A stretch of 63,264 bases of DNA, counting the filler, from Porpidia crustulata (taxonomy: Eukaryota), in assembly GCA_964255105.1 (NCBI GenBank). It is 5 parts of 5 records of this genome, joined end to end, with 100 filler letters (N's around TTAATTAATTAA, not from the genome) between each part and the next. Parts side by side here need not be neighbours in the genome. Positions count along the whole stretch, not along the records: positions 1 to 12,580 come from CAXUWE010000508.1; 4 more parts are not named here. The stretch is one strand, 5' to 3'. Shown piece by piece: positions 1 through 12,363 of the stretch (within the stretch, counting starts at the first letter, position 1; every line of letters begins with the position of its first letter). A model generated the notes under the pieces. It made no database searches and had not been told where the DNA came from. It saw only the letters and a program-made list of their open reading frames with translations. The position numbers were made by a program, and so were the translations under genes.

Positions 1-345
1 ACCTTTCTTAACACCCTTCAGCACTTTCTTCCCCGCCTTCTCGTCCATCAGAGGGTTCGCAAAGGGCACCAGGGCGCCGAGCAGCGGTTTCGCGGGGGAT
101 GCGCCGCGGTGGTCGTCGTCTTCTTCTTTGAGCGGCGCAACGCTTGGGGCATTGGTGTCAAGGGTGTTGAGCAGATCGGTTGTCATATCCGTGTCTTGCG
201 CGTCCGCGGCGGTTTTGGGTTTCTTCTCTTTTTTGTCTTTGGAGGATTTGGATTTGCGGACGCCGTCTTTCTCGGAGCGTTTTTCTTTCTTGGCGGATTT
301 GGAGGCTTGGCGGTCGGCGTCGTCGGTGGGTTTTTCTTTGGCCAT
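1..345 (-). CDS. NHP2: H/ACA snoRNP subunit Nhp2 (L7Ae family), first exon, truncated at window edge
   Basis: Manual translation from ATG at 345 gives MAKEKPTDDADRQASKSAKKEKRSEKDGVRKSK...LLGALVPFANPLMDEKAGKKVLKGVKK. The Lys-rich N-terminus plus the ALVPFANPL-x-DEK-x-x-KKVLK motif is typical of filamentous-fungal Nhp2. Missing from the ORF track because there is no stop in the window. Confidence 0.85.
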   Translation of the reverse strand, partial: MAKEKPTDDADRQASKSAKKEKRSEKDGVRKSKSSKDKKEKKPKTAADAQDTDMTTDLLNTLDTNAPSVAPLKEEDDDHRGASPAKPLLGALVPFANPLMDEKAGKKVLKGVKKG

Positions 346-924
346 GGTGGGCAATCGGTTTGACAGGAAGGGGGATTGAGAGAATGGGAGGTGTTGGAGG
401 AGCGGGGAAGTGGGAGGGTGTTGGAGCGTTTGTGGTGGTAGGTGGATTTTGAGCTCGTGTAGCTCTGCTCCAAAAAAGTTGTAGGCGAAATTCTGGTAGA
501 ATCTGAATGATACGGGTAGGACGATATCTTTTCCTTCAACGCCAACAAGTGACCCATCCATTCTGTACCCTCGAAAGTATCTCTCATGTTTATTCCATCA
601 TTTACCCTACCTTCTTCAAGCAAATTACTTCTACAAGGTGTGCGAGTCATGCATGGATTTTTGCGCCACAATATCAATAAGGTTGATATCAAATCGCCTC
701 AGCTGTGAATTGCTTTGTAGCTAAAGATGGCAATAATTCTGTCCTGATTATTTCAAGCACACATCCTTTGTCAATGACTGCCTGTAAAGGTGGTGATGCT
801 TTACAGGCAGTAATGCTCTTCGCTAACGATGATCTCCTTACAGTTTTGTCACGAATATCATCAGTGGCCTTCCCTTCACCCCCAGCTTTGTCAAAATCAT
901 CAGACTCGCGCTTCTCTCTAATTT

Positions 925-1371
925 CTATGGCGTATAGGAATCTCTATTGGAACGGGTAATGTCCGTCGGCTCCCAATCCATCTCGTCCGGATCAGAGGCA
1001 AGGCGCTGTAGGTACTCACTTAGATCCCTGACCATTCTCTCGGCCAGGGCATTTCGGTTTGATAGGTCGTTGATGGTGCTGTCTATCTTGAGACTTCGGA
1101 AGTTGCGGTACATGGGGCCCGGTTCATGTGGGGGCGGAGGCTCGCATTCCTGTATTTCTTTCCTCCCTATTTGCTTGGGATCGATCACGTTCTCCATCGC
1201 AGAAGTGAGGGTGAGGTTTTTGGGGAAGTCGACGTTGGTCTCTCGGGGTGGCGAAGGGAGGGCTTTCTGGCAAAACGCTTGAGTGCTCAAAGATAGCATC
1301 TCTCGTATAGTGGTGTCTGTTATCTCCCTGTGTGTTACTCTATTGTATTCGGAATTTGTATGTCTCGGCAT
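925..1371 (-). CDS. hypothetical protein
   Basis: 148-aa ATG-started ORF with natural-looking composition and a DEMDWEPT motif; no family recognised. Confidence 0.4.
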   Translation of the reverse strand: MPRHTNSEYNRVTHREITDTTIREMLSLSTQAFCQKALPSPPRETNVDFPKNLTLTSAMENVIDPKQIGRKEIQECEPPPPHEPGPMYRNFRSLKIDSTINDLSNRNALAERMVRDLSEYLQRLASDPDEMDWEPTDITRSNRDSYTP

Positions 1372-1615
1372 TATATAGAATTTGAGGACTAGATTCTGCA
1401 GTGAATGGAGGCCGAGAGGTTGTCTTGTGATTCATATTCGTTCGAGAGCTACCCTCGAAAGGGGTTACCTAAATCATAAAGAGGAGCTTGAGGAATTTCC
1501 AAAACCCTTCTAGAGGCGTGCAGAATCTTTACCAAGACGCTCCTTAGCTATCGAAGCGAACAAAGCACCTGTAGTAAGACAGGCAATCTCGGAAGCCCTG
1601 CGACACATCATAACT

Positions 1616-4298
1616 TCACGTGTTTTTAGGACTTCCATCATTTTCCCAATCCCATTCCTTCAACAGATGCGGAATACGATAATCTGCCGCCCAGCCAGTA
1701 TCTGCCTCGATGTCCTTGAGAAGTTCTAGGACCGCTCGTCTTTCGCAAGGGTCTGTAAGACATTGTCCGGCGACATAGAGAGGTTGTATCTAGTAAAGAT
1801 TAGGTAGATGATCTAGCGGGGTTTCTCATGTAAATTATTTACCATGTGGGGTCGAAACGAAGATTCTGGGCGAGACAAAGCGAAACCACTGCCAACTGTT
1901 AACTGTATTACACAGAGTAAAACCTCAATCCATAACTTGGTTTGGGTGGAGGACGTCAAGGCTTGGTGCAAGCTGTAGATCTTGAGCCTAATACGTACAT
2001 TATTTCACGGCAGTGATGCATTATCTCATCATGGATGAGTCGATAAGATCCCAGACGCCGAGCAACAGTGCTCCGGCGAGCAGTACTTTCGTGAGGTTTG
2101 TTGATGAGTAAGAGGATACGAGCCATGTGATAATTCTGTATAGCTGAGCCGCACATGGGGATACTGTACCATATTTCGGAGAAGATAGGAGCATCATGCT
2201 TATCACCTTTGTGAGAGAGTGGGTGTGGTATCTTGATACAGGGCCTGAAAGTTTCTGGCAAGCCACTGTACCATGTAGTAAGTTCCTTATCAATTCTATC
2301 CCATCTCTCGAGAAGCATCTGCTGCGAAATCCCAATCGTAATAGATTCATCGTCGGGTAGACTCTGCTCTCGATGGCCTGCAGGGATCGGATTAAACGTC
2401 TCGCCAGCAGCGATGTAATTGATCAGTCTAGATGTGAGCCAAATCAGCGCGTTACATATCATGTCTTCTCTCATAACAATGTTGTCCTTGGCATGATCGC
2501 TATCGAAGTTGCTTGACATTATGAAGCCTTTATTGTCTATAGATAAGCCAGCCTCTCTCCAGAGTTCTAAGTCATCTGTATCAAGCCGAGTCTGGCAATC
2601 ATTTATTACTTTCAAGGTCATTAGCTTCAGTATTTTACGGATTGAAGAAGACTCGTACATGCTGCTAGACAATCTTGGCGTGCAAAGTTCCAGAATATGG
2701 CTTTCCTGGCTGCCGACGGCTTTTTGAGTTCATGCAAGGATTGGAAACATCCCGGTGCAGCTGGTACCTCTACCGAAATCAGCTTCGTCTGTGCAATATC
2801 TAATAACGACTTTGTGCCATTGAGGTGGCGCGACCAGGCAGCGCCTGATGCATCGAGGAATTCATATACTGAAAGAATCGCCGTGGCTGCTAGAACATTA
2901 TCGGATTGCTTCTCATGAGACTGTCTTTCCTTTCCGTGCTCGTTTCCGGTTGAATAAGTTGGTTCGGCTTCTTTCCATGAACGTTCACCAACATCGAAAG
3001 GACCGCTGATTGTGGGATTTTGATCTTGCGGTAGTGCTTCCATCAACAGAGATATTGCCATATCCTAATGATTTACTTAAATTACTGCAAGTTAACTTTA
3101 TCAGGGGTTACGAACATAATGTTTCGCTCCATACCAAGCCCAGTCGGTTGTTTGAGCACTTGGCCATAACTCCATACTTGCCTGTACAGAGCACAAGCCG
3201 CCAATGCTTGCTCTAATACCCTTCACTCGACCAAGCTGCTTAGCTGCGAATGCACAGGCTGAATGCTTCAATAAAGGATTTGAAAGCGCTCTCATAGGCA
3301 CATGAGATCCGAAGAACTTTCCCCAGTCGAAGAGATCCATCCTATGTCCATCAGCATTCTGCTCCATGTTTCAGTCATCGAAATACACACCACGGACCAA
3401 GGGTCTCGGAGAAGTAGCGCAACAGAAAAGCAATCTCGTGCTTTGTTTCGACGGCAAGCTCAGATGGAGTACCTCTTAAGTTACCAAAAGGACTATTTGA
3501 AACACTTGAGAGAGATGACCCTTTGGCTGAAGGGGGCCTTTGCAGGTTCGAATCTGTAATCGGGCTCGATAGAGAAGTGGGGTTCAGAAGGAAATTCAAG
3601 TTATTGCTTGGAGATACCATAGACGATGGAGGAGAGAATGGTGAGCATCTAGTATCCCGAACGGGCGTTTGTGGCTGTGAGATACTTTGAAGGTCTAGTC
3701 TACCTACTGACGCCGTTTGAGGGACGTCGTTGATCTTGCGGGTACTGTAAAGAGCAGCGGCAGACAGAGCTTCTAATCTATAGCAATCCATTTGCGACGT
3801 CTTTGGTCGACTTTCAGATTCCCAATCATAGTGATGCTGCTGCAAGTCCGTTGAGATCTCGTTCACAGGAAGGGTGCCTTCGAGGTCAGGGGATGGCGTG
3901 TCGGTATAAGGATCAGAAGTGTTAATGAATGTGACTGAATAATTCAGCAATCTGAACATTCGTTCGGACATTAAAGTAACCGACTCTGCTCCGGAATATC
4001 TAGCCATACACTATCCTCATCGAAGGTGTTTCTATACGCGTAGAAACTTCCTAGGTTCTCGTTAGTCGTAGATCCGTCTTCGATGGCGTTCATCGAAGCA
4101 TTCTGCTGATGCCGAAACACAATGCCCGAGCTGGCTTGGCAGTCACGGTGGGCTTTTTGGCATTGACCGCATGTTGGCTTTTGCTCGTCGCACTTGAGCT
4201 TCCGTCGACGGCATGTCAAGCTGGTGATCGTTTAAACAATTGGTCGGCAAGTTGAAGTTTGGAATGAGATATACTTACCATCCGGTTCTGGACCTCAT
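1616..4298 (-). CDS. Zn(II)2Cys6 fungal transcription factor (multi-exon)
   Basis: Exon 1 MRSRTG (4298-4279), GTAAGT..CAG intron, then CLTCRRRKLKCDEQKPTCGQCQKAHRDC. Later exons carry fungal-TF middle region motifs (MDLFD...FG..VP, AILSVYEFLD, AIFWNFARQD, QNYHMARILL). Last exon QPLYVAGQCL...TGWAADYR ends in TGA at 1616-1618. Confidence 0.9.
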
Positions 4299-4946
4299 CA
4301 CCCAATGACTCGGAGTAGAGGGTCTTAACAAGTCATCTCATTGCAAACGGAAGTTGAAATAGAGTAGCTATAAGGGAACTTTGATGCCCGCAAAGGATGG
4401 CACGCCACCTTATCTTATCCCACCTCACGTCAGCACGTGATACCTTTGAGAAGGGGCATTTCTGTGCTCTTTCCTTTCCATCAGACTCTTTTCTTTCACC
4501 TCGTCGTAGAACATAAAGTAAATTCATCAAGGATATAGTTGCTCCAGTACCTCCATAAGTCATCGGTCTTGAGAAGCCTAGGAACCAGACCATCAGATTA
4601 CTTTAATACGGTATCTACTTCTAACATCTCTCTATCATACACTTTCTCTTTATATTATGCAGTAAGTGCCAGCCTACCTCCTATGTAACAATATCATGCC
4701 CCTGGCACCTATATAGAATATATTATAGCCCATTGCCTGATGTGCCTTATCTTCGTTATCATAATCAAACATGGCTCGCGCCAACCGTCTTTCGTAAATG
4801 CTCGCTGTGAAATGCTTCGCTCAAAACGCTGACCAGGCAAGCTACCTCAATGAATTTTCGTCGCTATCCTTTCAACTTCATAGATCGTTTCAACATCGTC
4901 GTCATAGTCGTAGTGTATCGTCTCTCAATATGTTTTCCCTCCTACT

Positions 4947-7900
4947 TCACACAGATACTGTCCTTCTCCTGGGCGCCAATGGCTTCTGGGCGTAGCAAAT
5001 CAACAGCTTGAATCCCGTGTCTCGCTTCTCACATTCTCTCAGCAAAGCCTTGTCCGTCCAAATGCTTCGCTGAATGTCATCGGCAGGCAAAACGCTCATC
5101 TCATAGCACCTTGTGTACCACCACCTTCCCACTTTCGACACCATCTTCGTGATACTTTCATCGCCTTGCTGCGACGAGTCCTTCAACATGTCCCCTAGAG
5201 ACATGTTTCTGTCGTCGAAAGAGCCAGCCGCAGAATCAGCCAAGCTACCAGAGACTGGGACGCTGACAGTGCAGCGGCTGAGATTCTCGAAACCTCTACG
5301 CCCAAGCATCTTCTGGATATTGTCCGAAACTGGTTTGAGCGAGACTTCTGGCTCTGCAGTCTGCATCTTGACTTTCAGCATGCGCACTGCGCGTCTTGCT
5401 CGATTTCCCATGTTCACCATGTCAAGGTCGAGGATGCTCATCTCCAGATAACCACCAGGACGAAGAACGCGCTTGCACTCCGAAACTGCGTTGAAATAGG
5501 CGTCCTCGGAACTTGCGACAGGAAAACGAAAAACTGCCGCGGTAAAGAATCCCTTTGGAAAAGGGAAAGGGTGTTTCATATTGTTATGGTAAATCTGTCT
5601 GTGATTCGAGGGAGAGCCATAGCCATCAATATTCCGTTTCCTCTCGGAGCCTGTGCTGGTACGTCGGAAAGAGCTCAGGTTGTACACTGTGGCACCAGGG
5701 TAAGTTAGGGCGCAGTAAAACGACCAGTCATCGTTGCCCAGTCCGTCTAGCACAAGCACTCGATCCTGCCGATTACTCTGGATTTCCACGTGGGCAGGGC
5801 TAAAGAGAACTCTGCCAAACGATAGCCATCGACTGGTCATCAATGCACTGAAACGTAGATTACTTTGCGGACCAGGGTCGGTCCCAGTCTTCTCCGCCAT
5901 AATGTCGGTGTTTCTCCTTCTCTCCGTCTTATCGTATCCTGGTGGCGAAAGGTCGGAGCTGTAATGGCTCCCAGACGATGCACTTTGACGCCTACTTGCC
6001 GTGATACTACGATTACGGTCACCGTAGCCAGCGAAGAAGTCTGAGAATGACACAGGTGTCAAGGTGGCGTCTGCTGGTGGAAACGAAGAGAGAAGGGCAG
6101 GTTTTTTCGGGGGGCTAGGAAGGGCATAGCTAGGTGGGCCGCCAGGGGATTGTGGCAAGTCGATATTTGAAGGGCTATCGGTAGATCCGATCACGAGCGA
6201 TTCTTTCCTGATATGGAGGGGTTCGGGTGTCCACTGGCTCTTCCTTGGCATAGGCTGTTGGCTTATATAATCTTTTGACCGGGAGGCCCGGGCATCCACA
6301 TTGTCCAAAAAATCGTCATACTCGTTCCAGACTTCGTCCTCGCTCAGAGCAGTTCCAGGAGGGGGCACAATGGCTGTTGTCGCTAAGCTTAGGACTCCCG
6401 AACTACTTGATCCAGAAACCTCCGAGTCGATCCTTGGCAGAAATTTCAAGAATTCGGCTCTGCCAGGTGGGTTACGTGTACCAACCGATCCTACCGGAGC
6501 GCTTGCCGGCTTAGAAGAGTCAGGCTCGCCCCACGCGGTTGGTGCTAACATCTCGGTCTGTACACCGAGGGTCGGACGCTCTGCGTTCTTGAGATCCACG
6601 CGTTGATGCTCCAATTTGGAGAGCTCATTGTCCACTACACGAGTTCTCATGAAAGGACGAGAGAATGACTGTGGTGCGGGGTTGTGAAGTCGATCACGCT
6701 TTGAAATTACCCTTGGAATGCGGCCAACCTGCTGTAGCCGGGGCTCTCGTGGTTTTGGAAGTGCATTAACAACGATAGAACCAGGTGCTGCAGCTGATAG
6801 CTGATGTAGGTCTACCCTGGATGGCGGATCCCCTCGGAGGTGGGCGAACTCGGCTGGTGAGTTCGGTGGAGATGGAAGCAGCATCGAAAGCTTGTGGTAT
6901 TGCCTGCGGGATTTATTATCATTTTCGACCGGCGGTACGTCTGGGCCAAACATCTGCACCTGCTCGACATTTCCGCTTGCTTGGGGTTGGTAAGTCCCTT
7001 TGCCAAAGTCTGATTGGTCGTCGGCGTCGAGCATTGCATAATGTGCAACGGAGCGAGACTCTGGAAGCCTAGAGATGGCAACCGGGAGTTCTTTCAGATT
7101 ATTTTCGCCATCGTACGAGCTAGGAGTCATAGATGTCTTTGATGCAGCTTGTGCTCTCTGGAAGAAGTTCCACTTCCTCGGTGACTTGGCGCTCTTTTCC
7201 GTTTTTCGAGACTTCAACCAATTGCCTTCCCGGCCTTCAGTGATACTGTCCGTTAAAAGAAGAGAACTATCATCAGTCGGGAGGCTAGACATATGCGTTC
7301 CGTCTCGGCTCTCGGTTATGGCGGCCGACACAAGAACCCGAGTGTTTATATGGGTGGGAAGTCTGAGCGGCTCCGCCTCTTTGAATAACTGTGATCGATG
7401 TAGAGAGCGCCGAGCAGCCAAGGTGGGGGCTCTGCGAGAGAAGTCGGTGTCATCCGTACTTTGATCCGAGACATGGTCGAAATAGTTCTGGGTATGATCG
7501 GGTTCCCTGGCGTCGCGGTTGAAAAAGCTATCGTCATATGGCTTCGAGATCAAATTCGTCTCACGCACTGGGCTGTGGGTTAACGTCAATCCCCTGTGAC
7601 TACCTGCGCTACTGGCTCCGGAGGAATAAACCTCGCTGTTGCGATTGTCGGATATTTGGCCACCACCACTGATTATGACAGGTGTCAGTCTATCCCGCAG
7701 GAAATTGTCCATCTCAGGCTCATCTTGACTCGCGAAGCTGCTCTTGCGACTGGTTGAAGGCCGCGGCATGCTACCCGAATGGCCAGTACTCGTTGACCGA
7801 CCTCTACTTGCAATTGTACTGGTGCTGCCACTTCTTCCTCGTCTGGCATACTTGCCGTAACCCTCGTGACCAGTGCCTGCGGCTGGCCCTTTCTTGGCGG

Positions 7901-9599
7901 CTCGCTCCATACTCTCGATTGAACTTACCTCTAGTGGGGACTTGGTTCGCTTGGTAAAAAGCCCAAATCGACTAGAAGATTTGGCTGTGCCAACACTTAA
8001 CGCGCTAGGTTCTTTGATTGAGCGGCCAGCTTTCACATTCGAATCCCCAGTCGGAGTCTCCTTTGCTTGAGAGTAACCGTCTTTATGTATTTTCAAATTG
8101 CCAGCTGGCCCCGGACTTGGTGAAGGTAGTTTAGAAGGCTTCCCTTTTACTGATGAAGCATTGGATGGGGAGCGTCCTAATGTAGGTCGACTGAGCAGGG
8201 GTGTTCCAGTGCTAGCCTCAGGCTGGAATGGTTTTTCTATCGAATCCCTCCGCTTGTGCCCAGTTGTGATCAGACGGTTTAGGTTGCTTTGTATGACCTG
8301 AGGAGGGTCGGTAACGTTGTCGAGTTTGGGTGTATTTTCTCGGCTTGGTCTAGTTGGGACAGTCCTTGTCAAAGGCGGACCCATCCGAAGGATCGGCGAT
8401 ATGGTACTCTGCCGTGGCCGGGGTACTCCATGCGTCTCAGATTCAGACATAGCTTCTACCAATCTCTGAGTGTAGCTGTTGATTGGATACCCGCTAATCG
8501 CTGGAATCTTCGATGCTTTCGCCTGTTTCTCTGGAAGTGCGCGGCTGGGCGCACTACCAGGAGGCGCGACAAACTTGTTCCCAGGTTTTCCGATCCTAGT
8601 TCCTTCGGCCCTCTCTACACCTTTGATGGTCGAAGAGGATGAAGAAGACGCGGCAGATTCCCGAAGCGCGGGCAAGCCTCGAGGACCAGGGGCCATCATG
8701 TCTTCTCTGCGTGGCGGAACACCATACCGTCTGGTGACTGGCGGGCGGCTGCTAGTGGGACTTAGTTGCCTAGTGTGTAATGGGGATTTCGCTGGCACGG
8801 AAATTCCAGGGGAGTAGGATGACATGGAAGTTGGCGTAGACGTCCGACTAAAAGAGCCAGGGGACTCAGAACGGCGAGTTGAGGACCCGCTACTATGAGC
8901 AAACGTAGGCGCTGGGTACGGTAAGTTTTGCGACGAAGTCGTTGCAGGCTGCTGTCGCCTGCTGTAGTTAGCCATGATCGAGCTAGAAGTGGCCTGATTA
9001 TAATCCACCATCCTCGGGCCTGGAAGATTTGACATCGGGGCAGATAGATCAGGTACAGCAATACCCAGGATAGACTCAGAGGAGGAATCTTCGAATCTGC
9101 CGGGCATGCTTGCAGTTTCTCTATGTGGCCTCGTCGCCACTGGCTCAGACGTGACGGAAGACGAAGTATGGGCATATCGGCTGTGCTGGTCGATCGAGGA
9201 TGCTTTACGTCTGAGTACCCGGGGTTGGCGCTTCTCTTGATGTACTGCTGGGACAGGAACCAAAGGCTTCGCATTGGAGATACCCAAGCCAAGAGTCCGA
9301 GATGACTGCTGTATGGCCCTGGCCTCCGGTTCACTTTCAGCAGAAACGTTTCCTGTGGCTCTTTGCGCTGTCCCACTCATCATACTGGAGGCTGTCTCGA
9401 ATTTGGAACTTGGAGGCGCCGCTATACGGCTTTGCTTGCCACGCGAAAACCAAGAGGATGAGGGAATCTTGGAGGTTACCGCCGAGGTAGATGTGATGGA
9501 CGATCTCCGCGACAGTCCTGGGGGCACCATCTTCTCCCTCTCAGTCTCTTCTGCTGGCTTCCTCGTCGTCCGTGACCCATATGTCGCGCGTGAAGCCAT
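4947..9599 (-). CDS. large Ser/Pro-rich protein with C-terminal class I SAM-methyltransferase-like domain
   Basis: 1550-aa single ORF. C-terminus has RVLVLDGLGNDDWSFY, PFPFPKGFF and SECKRVLRPGGYLE; N-terminal ~1250 aa are low complexity. Confidence 0.85.
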   Translation of the reverse strand: MASRATYGSRTTRKPAEETEREKMVPPGLSRRSSITSTSAVTSKIPSSSWFSRGKQSRIAAPPSSKFETASSMMSGTAQRATGNVSAESEPEARAIQQSSRTLGLGISNAKPLVPVPAVHQEKRQPRVLRRKASSIDQHSRYAHTSSSVTSEPVATRPHRETASMPGRFEDSSSESILGIAVPDLSAPMSNLPGPRMVDYNQATSSSIMANYSRRQQPATTSSQNLPYPAPTFAHSSGSSTRRSESPGSFSRTSTPTSMSSYSPGISVPAKSPLHTRQLSPTSSRPPVTRRYGVPPRREDMMAPGPRGLPALRESAASSSSSSTIKGVERAEGTRIGKPGNKFVAPPGSAPSRALPEKQAKASKIPAISGYPINSYTQRLVEAMSESETHGVPRPRQSTISPILRMGPPLTRTVPTRPSRENTPKLDNVTDPPQVIQSNLNRLITTGHKRRDSIEKPFQPEASTGTPLLSRPTLGRSPSNASSVKGKPSKLPSPSPGPAGNLKIHKDGYSQAKETPTGDSNVKAGRSIKEPSALSVGTAKSSSRFGLFTKRTKSPLEVSSIESMERAAKKGPAAGTGHEGYGKYARRGRSGSTSTIASRGRSTSTGHSGSMPRPSTSRKSSFASQDEPEMDNFLRDRLTPVIISGGGQISDNRNSEVYSSGASSAGSHRGLTLTHSPVRETNLISKPYDDSFFNRDAREPDHTQNYFDHVSDQSTDDTDFSRRAPTLAARRSLHRSQLFKEAEPLRLPTHINTRVLVSAAITESRDGTHMSSLPTDDSSLLLTDSITEGREGNWLKSRKTEKSAKSPRKWNFFQRAQAASKTSMTPSSYDGENNLKELPVAISRLPESRSVAHYAMLDADDQSDFGKGTYQPQASGNVEQVQMFGPDVPPVENDNKSRRQYHKLSMLLPSPPNSPAEFAHLRGDPPSRVDLHQLSAAAPGSIVVNALPKPREPRLQQVGRIPRVISKRDRLHNPAPQSFSRPFMRTRVVDNELSKLEHQRVDLKNAERPTLGVQTEMLAPTAWGEPDSSKPASAPVGSVGTRNPPGRAEFLKFLPRIDSEVSGSSSSGVLSLATTAIVPPPGTALSEDEVWNEYDDFLDNVDARASRSKDYISQQPMPRKSQWTPEPLHIRKESLVIGSTDSPSNIDLPQSPGGPPSYALPSPPKKPALLSSFPPADATLTPVSFSDFFAGYGDRNRSITASRRQSASSGSHYSSDLSPPGYDKTERRRNTDIMAEKTGTDPGPQSNLRFSALMTSRWLSFGRVLFSPAHVEIQSNRQDRVLVLDGLGNDDWSFYCALTYPGATVYNLSSFRRTSTGSERKRNIDGYGSPSNHRQIYHNNMKHPFPFPKGFFTAAVFRFPVASSEDAYFNAVSECKRVLRPGGYLEMSILDLDMVNMGNRARRAVRMLKVKMQTAEPEVSLKPVSDNIQKMLGRRGFENLSRCTVSVPVSGSLADSAAGSFDDRNMSLGDMLKDSSQQGDESITKMVSKVGRWWYTRCYEMSVLPADDIQRSIWTDKALLRECEKRDTGFKLLICYAQKPLAPRRRTVSV

Positions 9600-11937
9600 T
9601 GTTCCTGCCGGGCTTGCGACGCTGAGATAGAAAGTGCAGTGGTAGACAACATGGGCGATATGTGCAGTGTATCGAAAAGGGATTTATCATCTGTGTATCA
9701 TGACTGTATAAAAATTCAGCTGATTTGATCCTAAACATCAGAATCCCATGGAGTCGCTAAACCGAACCTTGAGCAAATCATGTACCGTGCAGTACGATAG
9801 ATAACCCAAACGACGGCGACGTGCTGGATATAATTTCAAACGATTAGATGTCATACCCTTGATGTAACCAGGTGATTTTGTGTCACGGGCTTTATTATGT
9901 ACAAAGGACGCAAATACTGGAAGGCGCCACAGAGTTCTGAATGCCAGCGAATACTTTACTAAGGCAGCACAGCCACACACTTCGGAGGTTCCGAAAATAT
10001 TCTCAGCGGTGAGACTAGTGATAATGATGAGTCGTCAACTGCGGGTTGTAAGTGCGATGATGCAGCTACCAAAGGCGAAATGAATAACGGATAAAAGAAT
10101 TGCAATAATCATATAATAATGATGGTGAGGATTAGTAGAGAAAAAGCGGGAATTGATACAAATGTCAACGAGTATTTTTCCAAGAGTGGGGGGCTGCGCG
10201 ATAAAAGACTCTGGGGTTGTCGCGATTGGCTGTCACGCACTTCCAGCTTGAGCCCAGTGCAGCAGTAGCGGCATGTTGGTTTCCATCCGGGTCCATGGGA
10301 GGATGGGATGCTGGGATGATGGGAGCCTGTCAAGTTTGCCAAAAGGTGCGGAGAACTAAGTCGATCAGGGTCTAAAGCACCGTGGTTGACTATGCCCTGT
10401 GCAAGTCTCAGCTTGTCAAGACTCCTTGAGTTCATGTGGTCTGATCTGTGATGACTACTGTCAATAGGTCGACATAGGTCGCATCACAGACCTGCTCTGA
10501 GCCGTGAGACTGGCAGATTGAAGTCGACGGTACGTGAAAGACAGTCGGACTATCAACATAGCGCGGTCGCACAGAGTACCAGTAACGTGACGAGCTTATA
10601 TGGAGACAACGTCATTCGTCAGGTTTTCCCGCGAGCTGGGGAGAGAGGAGTCTGGTACGGGATAGATTTTCAGCGGAACAAATGAACGCCTTTCCTTCAT
10701 TCGTCCTCGCCAGAAATTGTAGCGCACAATACTTGCATGTGCTGGAAATCATTGCTGAACGAAAGCGCTTGCTTACCTGCACTTCGCCGCTGTGCTGGAC
10801 AATTCCCCGTTCCGATGCATATTCCAGGGCAACTAGGTCGCTTTCAGCAGGCGCCCCCGTCAGACCACACTATCTGGCATGACTAATGCAGTAAGTTGTC
10901 TTTTGCTGCCGAACAGACTGGTACGAGCTTTTGTTATCGAGCATGAGGAATTTCAAAGTCTTTACAGATGCAGAAGACGCCAATAGCTTTAACTTCAATA
11001 CACGATCGATTTGGTGAAAGCGTTGGCGGACCAACGAGACAAGTCTGGGGGCAACGCGAGCCTTGTAACGTTGACTCGTCATTGTTCATTCACTGGCCGC
11101 CTCGGTCCGTTTGACCAACAGATATCCAATCAGATCAGATGAATGACTGAAAAGCTTGTGCCGGAAGACCAGGACGGGATCAGGATAAGGTCTTCTGGGT
11201 GATTTGTACTCTTTACACCAAACTCGTCGTTGCCTCAGATCATGCTGTTACTGGCCACCCACCAAAACTCTGCGGTAGTTGAACAGCAGGTCTTGAGAGC
11301 TATCATACGTCTTAAGCAGAGATTTGAAAAGATGTCGTGCATCTCCATTCTACACTCTTCCGATCAGTCGGAAACAAGTGCATGAAGTGCAACACCACTC
11401 GCCCCAAAAGGCAGCAACGGCCGACCTGTACGACTGGCTACTGGCTAGCTAGAATCTCAGATGAGAGGTGACAGATCTCTGTCAATGTGCCATACGGCTC
11501 TTCGCCTTGCAGTAGTATTGTGTTAGATAGGAAGACGGAAGCCTGCTTCAGGATCTCATTCGCCCAGCCGATTTGGTGGCTTTGGGTCGAATTCAGTCAT
11601 GTGATCCCGAGAGGTGTGGAGGGATCTGTGATTTAAGAAATTCTCTATTGCAAATTGCAAAATATGGAATTCATGCAGGTAACAGAAGGCGGGTATAATC
11701 ATTTTAATGTTCTGCTCCGATGGCTCAGCCAGGCTGTAGTTTTGGTCTCTAAAGCCCTGTAGTCAATCGGTAGGAAACCCTACATCCCATCCTTTGAGAG
11801 CCCGTCCAAGGCTCGTGAGCTAAACTTATGTCGGAGAAAGATTGTCGCTGGATGTATTTGCATAGGATGTCACTATCGAGACCATTTGAATGGAGAGGTG
11901 ATTCTTTGGCATGGCCGAAATAAGCCTAGTGCTAAAA

Positions 11938-11992
11938 GTGTTGATATCGTTGAAGCTTTTAATCACAGAATGGAGAAGCCTGATAAGTGAAG
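11938..11992 (+). repeat. 55-bp exact direct repeat, copy 1 (copy 2 at 12526-12580)
   Basis: gtgttgatatcgttgaagcttttaatcacagaatggagaagcctgataagtgaag occurs identically at both positions. Confidence 0.95.
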
Positions 11993-12363
11993 CACAAGAA
12001 GGCGTGAATAAATGCAATTTATTTTCCCGTCAATTGAGGCAATAATTCTACAATACAACGGTTCAAGTAACAAAAAATACGAATAGCAACGTAACGTGGA
12101 TGGAATGGGAATAGTGGCGCAAAACATTCTCAGCCACATGCCAGAACTTATCCTCCATCCGCGTTCAGCATAACAAACTCATATCCTTTGCTGTCGCATC
12201 TCATCCAGCATCTCAACTCCCATCTTTCTTGAGTCTTCACCTCAACTCCGAAGTCAACCGACACTTTAAAGCTCCTTCAGTCCCAAGAATTGCGCATACC
12301 AATTGAGCTTCATTGACTATTCGCCAACTCACGTAACCCTTGGTCTAAAGCTTCGCCGCAAGA

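Noticed and set aside
10445..10500. GTGATGA ... CTGA with a 9-bp inverted repeat, possible C/D snoRNA
   Set aside because: Only ~53 nt, the C box is buried in the stem, and there is no terminal stem or recognisable rRNA guide.
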